Source: a virus. Taken from it: a DNA stretch of 64,000 nt. The position numbers were made by a program, and so were the translations under genes. Position 1 is the stretch's first letter. The number at the start of each line of letters is the position of its first letter. The notes below the pieces were generated by a model. That model had not been told where the DNA came from. It made no database searches and saw nothing but the letters and a program-made list of their open reading frames with translations. Where the stretch lies: positions 17,323 through 81,322 of the IMG/VR virus record IMGVR_UViG_3300043464_002317; one strand, 5' to 3'. Shown in pieces: positions 1-10,207 of this stretch.

Positions 1-351
1 AAACAACAAGAATTAGACGCTCAATATAAAGAGCAACTAAAAGATTCTTTGAAAAAAGAAGGAGTAGACTCAAAAAAAGTACAAACTATCGTTAAAGCCT
101 ACACGGAAAAAGATGAAAGAGGTTTAACAGAGGTAGATAAAATGTATATTTCTTTGAGAAATAACCCTGAAAAAACAAACTTACTTTTCCAACTTTTAAG
201 TAACCCAGAAGGTTTCTTAGAAGAAAAGAAGAAAAATATAAAAAACGACACTAAACTTGAAGAGGTTAAAAAAATAATGTTTAGAAAACCAAAAGTAACT
301 TCAGAAAGAGAGTCTCAATCAACAGATAGATTTAAAGAAATTTTCGGATAA
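1..351 (+). CDS. 3' end of structural/scaffold-like protein preceding the major capsid gene (partial)
   Basis: Frame is open from base 1 (KQQELDAQYKEQLK...) to TAA at 351; charged helical protein directly upstream of the MCP, as in crAss-like gene order. Confidence 0.55.
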   Translation, partial: KQQELDAQYKEQLKDSLKKEGVDSKKVQTIVKAYTEKDERGLTEVDKMYISLRNNPEKTNLLFQLLSNPEGFLEEKKKNIKNDTKLEEVKKIMFRKPKVTSERESQSTDRFKEIFG

Positions 352-366
352 AAACAAAAAAACAAA

Positions 367-2031
367 ATGAAATACCTAGGTCAATTTAACAACGGAAACG
401 TTATCGCTTCTGTAAAAAAAGGTGAAATTAAAGATTTCAACTTTACAGATGCTACACTTTTAACAGAAAGTGGTATGGCTGGAGACGCTATGAATCTCGG
501 CAATATTCAATTATTAGAAACAGCAGGGCTTATCAAAGTTCCTTTTTTGAAAGAACCATTTAAAAAAGCAGACCATATCTATGTAAATGGATACAACGGA
601 AGCTTTAAATATGACATCGAATTTCAAGATGAATTCCCTTGTATAGTTCAAGGAGCAGAGCAAGAAGGTAAACTAGGATTAGGAGGAGCTTCTTTCCGTG
701 TTAAACTTTCTCACGCTTATCGTAAAGGTGATATTTTGACTGACGACCCACAAGACGGTTTCCAAATCGTAGTTTCTGAAGAAGATGACGCTATTATTGA
801 CGAAGGAGATGGTTTTAATCACTTGGTAACTGTAGTTGGAGCTGATTCTGACTATGTACCTTCATCTAAACTTGAAAAAGGAAAGCAAATTATCAAAATC
901 GGTAGCATTTCTGGTGAATTTGACCCTACATTCACTGGAATTGGAAATATCGGAAAAAATAGCAAAGTAACTCTTGAGTATGTACTTGGTGATATTACTG
1001 GTGTAGAAGTAGCTTGGACTGAATATGCAAATGCTCTCGAACTTGGTACTCAAGGTGCTGGTTCAGCAAAAGAAAATTCTTATCTTACCGAGATGTTGTT
1101 GAAACAACAACGTACTATGGACGGTGATTTTCTTGCAGTAATCAAACCAAACTCTAACGGCAAACTAACTACATCAGGTATTAAAGCTATCGGCTCTATC
1201 CTACCTATGCTTGCACAAGCAGAACTTTATAAAATTTTGGCAATGCAATTGATGTTTGCTAAAGGAGGTACTGTTACAGGTATCAACGGCAAAAAGCGTA
1301 TCAATGAAGGTATTTATCATCAAATGCGTAGAGGTCACAGATTTACCTATGCAAATGCAGCAGAACTTAGAGATAGAATCAAAGCAGCAGCAGATACAAT
1401 CTTCAGAGGACTTCCAGTAGACCCAATGTTGCGTCAATTGAGATTTAAAGCTGGCTTTATGGCTTACAGTGAAGTAAGAGAACTATTTAAAACAGAATTT
1501 TTGAATAACTCTCCTCATGCTGTAGATGCAGATACTCTTATGCCTCACAAAATTCTATCTGGAAAAGATATGAATAATCTAACATTCAGAACATTTGGTA
1601 TCGAAACAGCATACTTGAATGGAATCGGAAATGTAACTATTGAGCACGACCCATCTTTGGACTTTGATATGGGAGACTACCTTGAAAGAGGATTTAACAA
1701 AGGTTTCTCTAAACGTTCATGGTCTCTTGCAATCTGGGATGTTACTGACCCAATGTACTCTAACAGAATGGACAAAAATGTTCTTCCAGACGGAGTAGAT
1801 ATTGACACTCGTTCTTCAAAAACAAGCAATATGTACCTAGTGCAACCTAAAGGACGCAGCGGTATAGCTTACGGCTCTGAAAAAGGAAGAGTATATGGTC
1901 AAGGGGTAGCTTCTACAAAAGCAACAATGGGAGAAACGTTCTGGGCTTATGGTCAAATAGGTGGATTTATTCCTGATTTGAGCCGAGTAGTTCTAATCGA
2001 AAGACCAGACAATACACCATACTTCGTATAA
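367..2031 (+). CDS. Major capsid protein, crAss-like type
   Basis: 554 aa with abundant C-ending codons; AAAC-rich leader; heads the structural block; contains GIYHQMRRG and NVTIEHDPSLD segments resembling crAss-like MCPs. Confidence 0.8.
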   Translation: MKYLGQFNNGNVIASVKKGEIKDFNFTDATLLTESGMAGDAMNLGNIQLLETAGLIKVPFLKEPFKKADHIYVNGYNGSFKYDIEFQDEFPCIVQGAEQEGKLGLGGASFRVKLSHAYRKGDILTDDPQDGFQIVVSEEDDAIIDEGDGFNHLVTVVGADSDYVPSSKLEKGKQIIKIGSISGEFDPTFTGIGNIGKNSKVTLEYVLGDITGVEVAWTEYANALELGTQGAGSAKENSYLTEMLLKQQRTMDGDFLAVIKPNSNGKLTTSGIKAIGSILPMLAQAELYKILAMQLMFAKGGTVTGINGKKRINEGIYHQMRRGHRFTYANAAELRDRIKAAADTIFRGLPVDPMLRQLRFKAGFMAYSEVRELFKTEFLNNSPHAVDADTLMPHKILSGKDMNNLTFRTFGIETAYLNGIGNVTIEHDPSLDFDMGDYLERGFNKGFSKRSWSLAIWDVTDPMYSNRMDKNVLPDGVDIDTRSSKTSNMYLVQPKGRSGIAYGSEKGRVYGQGVASTKATMGETFWAYGQIGGFIPDLSRVVLIERPDNTPYFV

Positions 2032-2035
2032 AACT

Positions 2036-2066
2036 AAATGGGGTGTTGAAATACACACCCCAATTT
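2036..2066 (+). terminator. Stem-loop after the MCP gene (terminator or mRNA-stabilising hairpin)
   Basis: TGGGGTGT-tgaaatac-ACACCCCA inverted repeat just after the MCP stop; weak U-tract. Confidence 0.55.
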
Positions 2067-2087
2067 CATAAAACCAATCAAAAAAAT

Positions 2088-2975
2088 ATGTATTCAATTA
2101 AACCCAATCGCACGTATAGAATCGTAGAAAAAATCAATGCAGCCACACCAGAAGGATTAAAAGCCATAGGTAGAGTAAAAATGGGTAGCGGATTTTCAGA
2201 ATTTATAGGTTGTCTTTATGACACCACAAATAATATAAACCGATACGATACAGGTTTAGATAAGACTTCGAGAGAGTTCTTTGGAAAGAAAAAAGAAGAG
2301 GTAGACAAAATCTTAGCAGACCGAGAAGATTTAATCGAATACTTTGAAATGATTAAAAATGGTAGAAGTAATGAAGAATTTTTACCATCATTCACGCTTC
2401 AAATATCCCACAACACTTTGTTGGATACAAGTAATCCAGATACTTATTTGAAACTATTCTTGGCAATGCGTGGAAATTTAATATGCCCAGAAACAGAAAT
2501 AGGTAATCCTAAACACAATGCTTCTAACTATATTCTTGTTGATAGCGATGAACAAAAAGATGTTCGTACCAAAGTTAAGGAGATGGAAATCGACATTCAA
2601 GAATGGTTATTCAAAACTTGGAGCGAAAATAAAGAAGAAGTTCTTGAATACTTGAGATACTCTGAAATATTAGCTTTAGATACAAAAGTTAATAGTAAAG
2701 TAGGAATTGTTCAAGCGGTTGAAATGGCAATTAAAAACTATGACAATCTACTTAAACTTCATACATCAATAAAAACCAAAACATTTAACGATGTTAAAAG
2801 GTTTAATCTTGTCCGAACAATGATAAGAAAAGGTCAAATAAAACGAGTAGGTCAACTTTATACTTACGAAGGTATCGAGTTAGGTACGGACGCTCACTCA
2901 GTAACAGCCTTCTTATTTGCAAAAGCAAACAAACAAGTAGCTGCAAAACTTTTAGAAAAATTTGAAGATGACTAA
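2088..2975 (+). CDS. Conserved virion protein following MCP (crAss gene-75-like position)
   Basis: ATG at 2088 after an A-rich leader (the GTG at 2043 lies in the hairpin); assignment is by synteny. Confidence 0.55.
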   Translation: MYSIKPNRTYRIVEKINAATPEGLKAIGRVKMGSGFSEFIGCLYDTTNNINRYDTGLDKTSREFFGKKKEEVDKILADREDLIEYFEMIKNGRSNEEFLPSFTLQISHNTLLDTSNPDTYLKLFLAMRGNLICPETEIGNPKHNASNYILVDSDEQKDVRTKVKEMEIDIQEWLFKTWSENKEEVLEYLRYSEILALDTKVNSKVGIVQAVEMAIKNYDNLLKLHTSIKTKTFNDVKRFNLVRTMIRKGQIKRVGQLYTYEGIELGTDAHSVTAFLFAKANKQVAAKLLEKFEDD

Positions 2976-3649
2976 TGAAAGTCAATGAGATTTATGAACG
3001 TACTGTAATAAAAGCTAACCGTAACAAAGGAACACAAAATGTTTCTATTGATAAATATAGGTGGGTTCTTTCATATAATGAAAATCGAATAAAGCGTATA
3101 GAATATCTTCTTGATAAAAAAAATGACGATGATGTCAGAGAAATACAAGAAGCGATAAAAAATAATACGGAGCTTATCAAAGTTCAAACTTTATCAGATA
3201 GGGTTCTATTTGAACTTCCTAAAGATTATTTAGATTTATCTTCTGCTTACGCTTATGTAAGCCAAAAAGATTGTAAAAATCAAAAAATATACCTCTGGGA
3301 ATTAAAAGACCAAAACTACGGAGAAATATTTCCCGATAGTTTTAATGAACCTTCTTTAGAATATGAAGAAAGCTTTTTTACAATACAAGGAGGAAATCTC
3401 GTAATCTTTAAAAAAGACGACCTTAAAATAGATAAAGTTTTTATAACTTACTATTTTTACCCACCTTTAGTAGATATTGAAGGATATATAAAATCCGACA
3501 ATATTACAAATTCTTCTAATCAAGAAGAAATAATGAGCGACAGATTTATAAATAAAGTCGTTTCAATGGTTGTAGCAGACTTTGCAAGAAACAACCAAGA
3601 TGTCCAAGCAAAAAATCTTAATCAAGATAGAATAGTCACAAACTTTTAA
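2975..3649 (+). CDS. Tail/neck ring protein (crAss gene-74-like position)
   Basis: 224 aa; FELPKDYL and ITYYFYPPLVDIEG motifs typical of ring/adaptor proteins; TAATG-coupled to the upstream gene. Confidence 0.6.
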   Translation: MKVNEIYERTVIKANRNKGTQNVSIDKYRWVLSYNENRIKRIEYLLDKKNDDDVREIQEAIKNNTELIKVQTLSDRVLFELPKDYLDLSSAYAYVSQKDCKNQKIYLWELKDQNYGEIFPDSFNEPSLEYEESFFTIQGGNLVIFKKDDLKIDKVFITYYFYPPLVDIEGYIKSDNITNSSNQEEIMSDRFINKVVSMVVADFARNNQDVQAKNLNQDRIVTNF

Positions 3650-3675
3650 AAAAAAACAAAAAACAAACAAATAAC

Positions 3676-5883
3676 ATGGGAAGAAGAGGAATCCAAGGTA
3701 GTTATAGCGATATTATCGCTCTATTACCTACCGCACCAAAAACAACAGGAGGCAATCTGCAACTTGCAGATGGTCAAATCGGTCTTTTTAAAGACGAATC
3801 TGGCAATGACGGTTTGCCAGCAGTAAACAACATTACAACAACTCTTAATGCTAAGTACTACTTGGAAGTAGGTACTTCTATTAAGTCTAATAGCGGTGGT
3901 TACACTTCTAAAGGACTACGTTCTGTAGCATTTAAAGCAGAAGATGTATTGGATGTAAAGTTTAGCGAAAGCAAACCAGCTCAAGTAGCAAAAGTTTACC
4001 TTGGTTGGGATGGTCTTAACAGCAATAAATCAATTTCTTTGCAAAAAGGTCAAGTTAGTACAATTACAGTAAGACTTTCTGGAGAACCTATCGGTCATCT
4101 CGGATATTCTGATGGTGTTTTTGAACAAACTTATACAGTATCAGCTCCTTTTGAAGAAGCGTGTGAAGATAATTGCACACCAGCTTCATGCGAAACATTT
4201 TTGCTTCCAGTAGTAAATGATATTAAAAATACTTTGCTTAGAAGTGGTGTTAAATTGGAAGATATAATTGATGTTATTCCAGTTTCTAACTGTCTTCCTG
4301 ACCAATCACCTACAGGTTCTGTAACTTTCTACACAATCACATTGTGTGATAATGGAGACGATGCAGCTTTAGGTTTAGTAGAAGGTCAAGTTAATGCTCC
4401 AGTGGTAAGAGTTTCTTATGTAGGTAACGTAAGTACTTATCAAGTGTACACTTCAAACGGAGCTCCAGAAGATTTTGTTTCACCTGCAAAAAGTGTTAAA
4501 ACGGATTGTGAAGGAGACTGCCCAGACGGATTTGTAGCAGTAGGAGGCGGTTATGCTTATACATTTGCTATTGAAGACGATGGTACAAATTTGGCAAGTA
4601 CACTATTAGATACTATTGTAGAAGTTGCAGATACTGCGACAGCCATTGCAGGAGTAACTGTAGGAGCACCAGCTGCTCTTAGAGCCGCAGGAACTTATAC
4701 AATAAACTCAGGATACACTACATCAGGTTCAGGTACTGGAGCTACATTCACTGTAGTGGTTAATGGTTCTGGAGCAGCAACTGTAACTATTAACAATCAC
4801 GGAACAGGATTTGCTGTAGCAAATACAATAACAATACCAGATGCACTATTAGGAGCAGGAGGAGCAGTAGCTTTAGTTCTTACAGTTGCAACTTTAATTA
4901 CTAATGTTGCTACAGTAACTAAATTAGGTCAAGTATTTGGACAAGGGAAGTACTTAGTTGTATCTTCAAGTCCACTATCAACAGCTAGTTTAACAGATTT
5001 AACTACAGAAAACCCTACACTCGCATACGAAATTTCAGGATTTTCTGAAAGCATCTGTGTTGAAGAAGAACCAGCTACAACAGAATGGGTAGAAGGAGAT
5101 TCATGTGATACATTCCTTAAATCTTTCTTCATTGATTTGCAAGATACAGAGTGTGGAAATTCTCGTTTGGCAGAACTTCAAGCCGCTTATCCTGAACTTA
5201 TGATAAGTGAAGATGAAGAAACAACTCCAACTACATGTCGTAGACGTTATGTGACAAGTGTTGTATCTGAATTTTTGTGTAGGGATTGCCATACTGATTT
5301 ATATAAAGTAACAGCTCCTGCTAATTTTGGTGTAATTGCTTGGGAAGAAGTTCCAGCAGCAGCATCAGAAGAAGCGAATTGCAAGTGCGGTATCCTTTTC
5401 CAAGGAAAAGAATTTAAACAATGCCCACCTAAAGAGCTTGCTCATGAAATTGCAACAAGAGTAGGACAAGTTAAAATCGAAGTTTCTGGTGGCGAAACTC
5501 CTCTTTATCTACCTGTAGGTTACAGAAATTATACAGGAGAACCTTTTGCAGTAACTCATGCTCAAAGACCTTTTGACGGAACTGGTTGGGGTTTTGAATA
5601 TATTACAGCAGAAAAAGAAGCTTATAAGAGACTTGTAGGTGTTCCATCTGGAAATTCATACGCAGAACAATGGTTTAAAGGTACAACTTCTAAACTTGAG
5701 CCTTGCGAGCAATACGATACAATCTCTGTTAAAGTTAAAGCTAATAAACATATCAGTTCATTTGCTAACGTAACTTCAGCTGAACACAGATATATTTACA
5801 TCGTGCCTAAAGGAACTAAACCTGTATTTCAATCTTTCTTCAACATGGTTGCAGCAGGAAACCCTAACGCTGGAAGTATCTAA
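3676..5883 (+). CDS. Abundant structural protein (crAss gene-73-like, auxiliary capsid protein candidate) with inserted Thr/Gly/Ala-rich domain
   Basis: 735 aa, Cys-containing; AAAC-rich leader like the MCP; followed by a strong terminator. Confidence 0.55.
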   Translation: MGRRGIQGSYSDIIALLPTAPKTTGGNLQLADGQIGLFKDESGNDGLPAVNNITTTLNAKYYLEVGTSIKSNSGGYTSKGLRSVAFKAEDVLDVKFSESKPAQVAKVYLGWDGLNSNKSISLQKGQVSTITVRLSGEPIGHLGYSDGVFEQTYTVSAPFEEACEDNCTPASCETFLLPVVNDIKNTLLRSGVKLEDIIDVIPVSNCLPDQSPTGSVTFYTITLCDNGDDAALGLVEGQVNAPVVRVSYVGNVSTYQVYTSNGAPEDFVSPAKSVKTDCEGDCPDGFVAVGGGYAYTFAIEDDGTNLASTLLDTIVEVADTATAIAGVTVGAPAALRAAGTYTINSGYTTSGSGTGATFTVVVNGSGAATVTINNHGTGFAVANTITIPDALLGAGGAVALVLTVATLITNVATVTKLGQVFGQGKYLVVSSSPLSTASLTDLTTENPTLAYEISGFSESICVEEEPATTEWVEGDSCDTFLKSFFIDLQDTECGNSRLAELQAAYPELMISEDEETTPTTCRRRYVTSVVSEFLCRDCHTDLYKVTAPANFGVIAWEEVPAAASEEANCKCGILFQGKEFKQCPPKELAHEIATRVGQVKIEVSGGETPLYLPVGYRNYTGEPFAVTHAQRPFDGTGWGFEYITAEKEAYKRLVGVPSGNSYAEQWFKGTTSKLEPCEQYDTISVKVKANKHISSFANVTSAEHRYIYIVPKGTKPVFQSFFNMVAAGNPNAGSI

Positions 5884-5900
5884 TTAATAACAAATATTTA

Positions 5901-5946
5901 AAGGAGGGGTTTCTGTAATAAAATTACAGACTCCTCCTTTTTTTTT
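5901..5946 (+). terminator. Rho-independent terminator
   Basis: AAGGAGG..TCTGTAAT-aaa-ATTACAGA.CTCCTCCTT followed by a T run. Confidence 0.85.
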
Positions 5947-5959
5947 AAAATGTACAGCT

Positions 5960-7063
5960 ATGGCTTGGAATGGTAATTTAAAAGATAATAAAAAAGTAAA
6001 AGATATACTTGGCGAAAAAATTTTTAACAAAGTTGTTAAAATTTTAGACGCTTGTTGTGGAGGAATCTCAAAAGATGGCAATCCAAATGCTTTTCTTAAT
6101 CAACAAGGGGAATGGGTAGAAGGAGGTGGAGGCTCTCAAGATTTACAACAAGTTACAGATGTAGGCAATACTACTGATAATGATATTCAATTTGATGTAG
6201 GAGTTGGGATACTATTAGATAATAGTTCAAGACTAAGAGAGGGGACAATTGATGCAGGTTTAGGAGGGAATAAAGGTATTGCACAAATTTGCGGTTTAGG
6301 TTATGAATTAAAATGGGAAGCAGGGTCATTGTATGTAATGAATGGTAGTGGTAATGGAATAAGACAATCATTATATAATTTTACTACAGTACCAACAATA
6401 ACAGATGATGATACAAAAGGATATACTGTAGGCTCATTATGGACTTTGGATAATAATGACACTTATGTATGTACTGACGCAAGTACAGGTGCTGCTGTTT
6501 GGGCATTAAAACCTAGTTCTGGATATATTTATGAAATAGGTCAATATGTTGCAGCAGAAGGCGGTGTAATTGCTCATAGATGGTTATCTGCATCATCACT
6601 TGGTTCACCTACTTCTGGCACTATTCAAAATTATTTGGTTGTAGATACAGCAAATTTATCAACATCAGCTTTATGGGCTAGTTCAAATGTGAATATATCT
6701 AATGTTGAAAGTACTTGGGATGGAACAACTAATACAGCAAATTTAATTGCTGCTGGAGCAGGTGGAGGTATAACAGCAGGTACAGCAGCAGTTTTATGTA
6801 ATAATAGCACAAACAATAGTAAATTAGATTGGTATCTTCCAGCTGTTGATGAGTTATCTAAAATATGGCAAAATAGATGGGATATATCACAAGGTATAAC
6901 TACTGCTAGTGGAACACAAATAGGATTTAACTTTTATTGGAGTAGTTCGGAGCTTGACACCACCTACGCTTGGGTTTTATCCTTCTACGATGGGGTTGCC
7001 TATGACGGCTTCAGTAAGAACGCCACCTACTATGTGCGTGCAGTAAGAAAATTCAGTATTTAA
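5960..7063 (+). CDS. Fibre/receptor-binding protein with C-terminal C-type-lectin-like (DUF1566/Lcl-like) domain
   Basis: DWYLPAVDEL...YWSSSE...AW...YVRAVRKF signature; N-terminal DACCGG module; SQDLQQVTDVGNTT fibre motif. Confidence 0.75.
   Translation: MAWNGNLKDNKKVKDILGEKIFNKVVKILDACCGGISKDGNPNAFLNQQGEWVEGGGGSQDLQQVTDVGNTTDNDIQFDVGVGILLDNSSRLREGTIDAGLGGNKGIAQICGLGYELKWEAGSLYVMNGSGNGIRQSLYNFTTVPTITDDDTKGYTVGSLWTLDNNDTYVCTDASTGAAVWALKPSSGYIYEIGQYVAAEGGVIAHRWLSASSLGSPTSGTIQNYLVVDTANLSTSALWASSNVNISNVESTWDGTTNTANLIAAGAGGGITAGTAAVLCNNSTNNSKLDWYLPAVDELSKIWQNRWDISQGITTASGTQIGFNFYWSSSELDTTYAWVLSFYDGVAYDGFSKNATYYVRAVRKFSI
5975..6072 (+). repeat. Dispersed repeat copy 1 encoding the shared fibre N-terminal module (copy 2 at about 7103-7200)
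   Basis: Near-identical DNA encoding NLKxNxKVKDILGEKIFNKVVKILDACCGGISK at an offset of 1128 bp. Confidence 0.9.
6935..7045 (+). other. DGR-like variable region at the 3' end of the lectin-fold gene
   Basis: About 15 NNC codons between YWSS and VRAV in a gene that otherwise ends codons in A/T; classical VR position. Confidence 0.6.
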
Positions 7064-7087
7064 TATAAATTTTAAAAACCAAAAAAT

Positions 7088-7366
7088 ATGACAAACATAG
7101 AAAACTTAAAAGAAAACAGAAAAGTAAAAGATATTCTAGGCGAAAAAATCTTTAACAAAGTTGTAAAAATTTTAGATGCTTGCTGCGGTGGAATCTCAAA
7201 AAACGGAGATTCAGCAAAAGTCTTAACACAAACAGGAGAATTTCTTCCTACATCTGACGTATTATTTCTACTACCGTCATATGCTGACGATGTAGCAGCT
7301 GGCGCAGGTGGTTTAGTTGAAGGACAATTATATAGAACAGCGAGTGTAGTTAAAGTTAAGCTTTAA
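7088..7366 (+). CDS. Miniature fibre-like protein (DACCGG module plus short C-terminal domain)
   Basis: 92 aa; N-terminus duplicated from the 5960 gene; C-terminus LPSYADDVAAGAGGLVEGQLYRT. Confidence 0.65.
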   Translation: MTNIENLKENRKVKDILGEKIFNKVVKILDACCGGISKNGDSAKVLTQTGEFLPTSDVLFLLPSYADDVAAGAGGLVEGQLYRTASVVKVKL

Positions 7367-7413
7367 TAATCTTTATAGACTAAATTTTAGTCTACACCCA
7401 TATAAATAAAAAA

Positions 7414-9372
7414 ATGAGCCTCAATCAACAACAACCTGATAAGTTAAGATATTTTTTTGGGAATAACCTCTACTACAAGTTCAAAAAAGTTTTTGACGCT
7501 TGTTGTGGAGGTATCTCCTTTAAAGGAGATGAAAACAAATTTTTAAATCAACAAGGAGATTTTGTTGAAGCGACTGCCTCAGCTTCTATTGAAGACATTA
7601 CCTATTTAGAACTATACAATCTTACAATAAATGAAGAATTAACACCTCTTCAATGGTATAGACTTACAGATTATAAATCAGTAAATTTTCTTAATGGATG
7701 GCAAATAGCTAATGAAAATTCTAATTTTAACAACAATGCTCCAACCGACCCTAATTTTATTCCGAGAGAAGTTTATACAGGAGATACAGAAGTTCTTTTA
7801 CTTCAAGCAATTACAGAATCAGAAATTTCACCAATAGGTTATTCAGAAACTTATCCACAAGATATTATCCAGTATAATCCTTTGGTAAATAAAATTGGAG
7901 TTGGTTTGTATATAAATAATGGTGCTACATTACCTAATTTATCAGTAGTTTCAGGCTTTGACCTTCAATGGGATGGCACTAATGCTTATTTTGAAATGCC
8001 AATCGGTTATCCTGCTTTATTTGGACATTATTTTCGTATTTATTTTACTTTAGATAGTGGTAATGTTGTAAACGAGGGAGTATTTGAACCTTTAAATTCA
8101 GGAATAGCTACTTGTCAATTTCCCGAATCAACTGTAGTTACAAGAATTAAAGTAGAAAATGGAGGAACAAAAATTTTACTGTTAGATATAACCCAACAGG
8201 ATGTAAATGATTACGATATAAATACGCTTTTTGTTGAAACAGTAACAGCAATAGAAAACGCTTACGGTTGGATTGAAAGAAGACAAGATACAGAAAGAAA
8301 TATAGATGTTCCTTTCGACTTTAGAGGTAGAAAATATCGTAGATTTGAAATAGATATGTCACCTATACACCCTTCATTTGGAATAGTTTATGCAGGTATT
8401 GGTGATGATTATAAAAATTTAGGTACTACTGGAAATTATAAAGACTTTCCATGTTTTAGTGAAACTAACTCAACTTTCGATATTCAATGGAACGATATGG
8501 GGAGTCCTGACTCTTACTATTTTAGAGGGTTAAATGATAATAATGTATTTCAAGGTGTTTTTGTAGCTAATAATTTACAATGGACAGTGAGGGATAATAC
8601 AGGTATTGAAGAAATAACTTTAAATCGCATTGAAAATTTTTTTTCGTTGAATATAATAGTTTCTATGTCATCGAACAATATTAAAGATGGTTTTGAATCT
8701 AGTGTTATTGGCAATTATTTTTCCAACAATAACGTAAAAAGTGGTTTTTATAATAACGTAATAGTTAGAGATTTTTATAATAACAATATAGGGGTAAGCT
8801 TTTATGATAACATAACAAGTCAATATTTTATTAATAACACAGTAGGAGATGAGTTTGCTAATAACATTACAGGTGAATATTTTACCCAAAACACTATAGG
8901 AAATTATTTTCAAGACAACGAAATAGGTGATAACTTTCAAAGTAATAACATAGGTAATGTATTTGACAATAACAATACAGGTAATTACTTTGTTTACAAC
9001 AACATAGGTAATGATTTTAAAAACAACGAAATAGGTAATAGCTTCTTCAACAATAACACAGGTAATTACTTTGCTAACACCAATGTAGGTAATAGTTTTG
9101 GAAACAACTATATAGGTGAGAGCTTTCTTTCTAACAACATAGGTAATGACTTCTTAAACAACAATGTAGGTAATGACTTCTTAAACAACAATGTAGGTAA
9201 TGACTTTCGATTAAATACCACAAAAGCATTAGTAAACGGTATAAATTTTACATCTGCTACTCATGTTTATGGTAATTACAATTGTGAAATATTTAAAGCA
9301 AGTAATTCAATTCTATATTTAAGTTATTTTAATGGTACAGCAGTTGTATACCCAGCATCAATAAACTCATAA
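7414..9372 (+). CDS. Tail fibre/spike with 11-aa Asn-rich beta-solenoid repeats
   Basis: N-terminal DACCGG module; YRLTDYK and IDVPFDFRG motifs; many NxIGNxFxxN repeats. Confidence 0.7.
   Translation: MSLNQQQPDKLRYFFGNNLYYKFKKVFDACCGGISFKGDENKFLNQQGDFVEATASASIEDITYLELYNLTINEELTPLQWYRLTDYKSVNFLNGWQIANENSNFNNNAPTDPNFIPREVYTGDTEVLLLQAITESEISPIGYSETYPQDIIQYNPLVNKIGVGLYINNGATLPNLSVVSGFDLQWDGTNAYFEMPIGYPALFGHYFRIYFTLDSGNVVNEGVFEPLNSGIATCQFPESTVVTRIKVENGGTKILLLDITQQDVNDYDINTLFVETVTAIENAYGWIERRQDTERNIDVPFDFRGRKYRRFEIDMSPIHPSFGIVYAGIGDDYKNLGTTGNYKDFPCFSETNSTFDIQWNDMGSPDSYYFRGLNDNNVFQGVFVANNLQWTVRDNTGIEEITLNRIENFFSLNIIVSMSSNNIKDGFESSVIGNYFSNNNVKSGFYNNVIVRDFYNNNIGVSFYDNITSQYFINNTVGDEFANNITGEYFTQNTIGNYFQDNEIGDNFQSNNIGNVFDNNNTGNYFVYNNIGNDFKNNEIGNSFFNNNTGNYFANTNVGNSFGNNYIGESFLSNNIGNDFLNNNVGNDFLNNNVGNDFRLNTTKALVNGINFTSATHVYGNYNCEIFKASNSILYLSYFNGTAVVYPASINS
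8725..9212 (+). repeat. 33-bp (11-aa) degenerate tandem repeat
   Basis: Units such as AACAACAATGTAGGTAATGACTTCTTA repeated almost perfectly at about 9133-9210 and degenerately upstream. Confidence 0.85.
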
Positions 9373-9384
9373 AAATTAACCAAT

Positions 9385-9729
9385 ATGAAAACATTAGTAG
9401 AAAAATCAATTAAAATTACAGGAGTACCAAAGTTTAACGCTAAAACTCTATTTGACTTAAATCAAATACCAATATTAGCAGAAGATGCAACCGAAGAACA
9501 AAAGAAAGAAGTTAAAGAAAAAGAATCTGAAAATAAAAGAATAACTTCTGATAGAGAATTTATCTCTTTAACTATTATTTCAGGTAGGAAATTAGTTGTT
9601 CAATTTGAGTTTGAAGAGGAAGGTGTTAAAACAAAAGATAAAGTTTTAATCTCAATTCCAAAAACAGACTCAGAAGAAGAAATAAAAGAATTTATCATAA
9701 ATGCAATAAACAGCCAAAAAGATAAATAA
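9385..9729 (+). CDS. Hypothetical protein (possible fibre assembly chaperone)
   Basis: 114-aa ORF immediately after a fibre gene; function inferred from position only. Confidence 0.4.
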   Translation: MKTLVEKSIKITGVPKFNAKTLFDLNQIPILAEDATEEQKKEVKEKESENKRITSDREFISLTIISGRKLVVQFEFEEEGVKTKDKVLISIPKTDSEEEIKEFIINAINSQKDK

Positions 9730-9730
9730 A

Positions 9731-10207
9731 ATGAAAACACCAGCACAAGAAATAACATTTTCTGTTTTGCATATTAAATCTTTTCCAGACTTTATATTTA
9801 ATTTATTTGTGACAATATTTTCATTTTTTTTAGGGTACTTTCAAGTTATTACTGTAGGTAGCTCTAACCTTTTTATGGCTGTTGCAATTGTTGTTGTTAT
9901 AGATTTTATTTTTGGCTCACTAAATGCTGTATTAGACCCTAAAAAACATTGGGAAACAAGAAAAGCTTTGAAAATAATCTACTATTTATTTACATATTGG
10001 CTTATGGTTTTTATGGTTTTAGCTATTGAAAAAGCGCATCCAGCAGCATTTTTTCTCAGCGAAGCTATTATTCTACCTATACTAATTTTTCAGACTATCT
10101 CAATATTAAAAAATATGTCTTTGTTAGGATTAATACCAAAAGGACTACTTTTAGAAATATTGAAAAATATTGATTCATACAAAACAAAACTTTCACAACA
10201 AGAGTGA
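9731..10207 (+). CDS. Holin (phage holin family 4-like)
   Basis: Three to four transmembrane segments; IDFIFG..A and ISILKN..LLG motifs. Confidence 0.7.
   Translation: MKTPAQEITFSVLHIKSFPDFIFNLFVTIFSFFLGYFQVITVGSSNLFMAVAIVVVIDFIFGSLNAVLDPKKHWETRKALKIIYYLFTYWLMVFMVLAIEKAHPAAFFLSEAIILPILIFQTISILKNMSLLGLIPKGLLLEILKNIDSYKTKLSQQE

Noticed and set aside
8725-9212. AAC-rich repeats as a DGR template or CRISPR array
   Set aside because: In-frame 33-bp coding repeats without spacers and with no similarity to the 6935-7045 region
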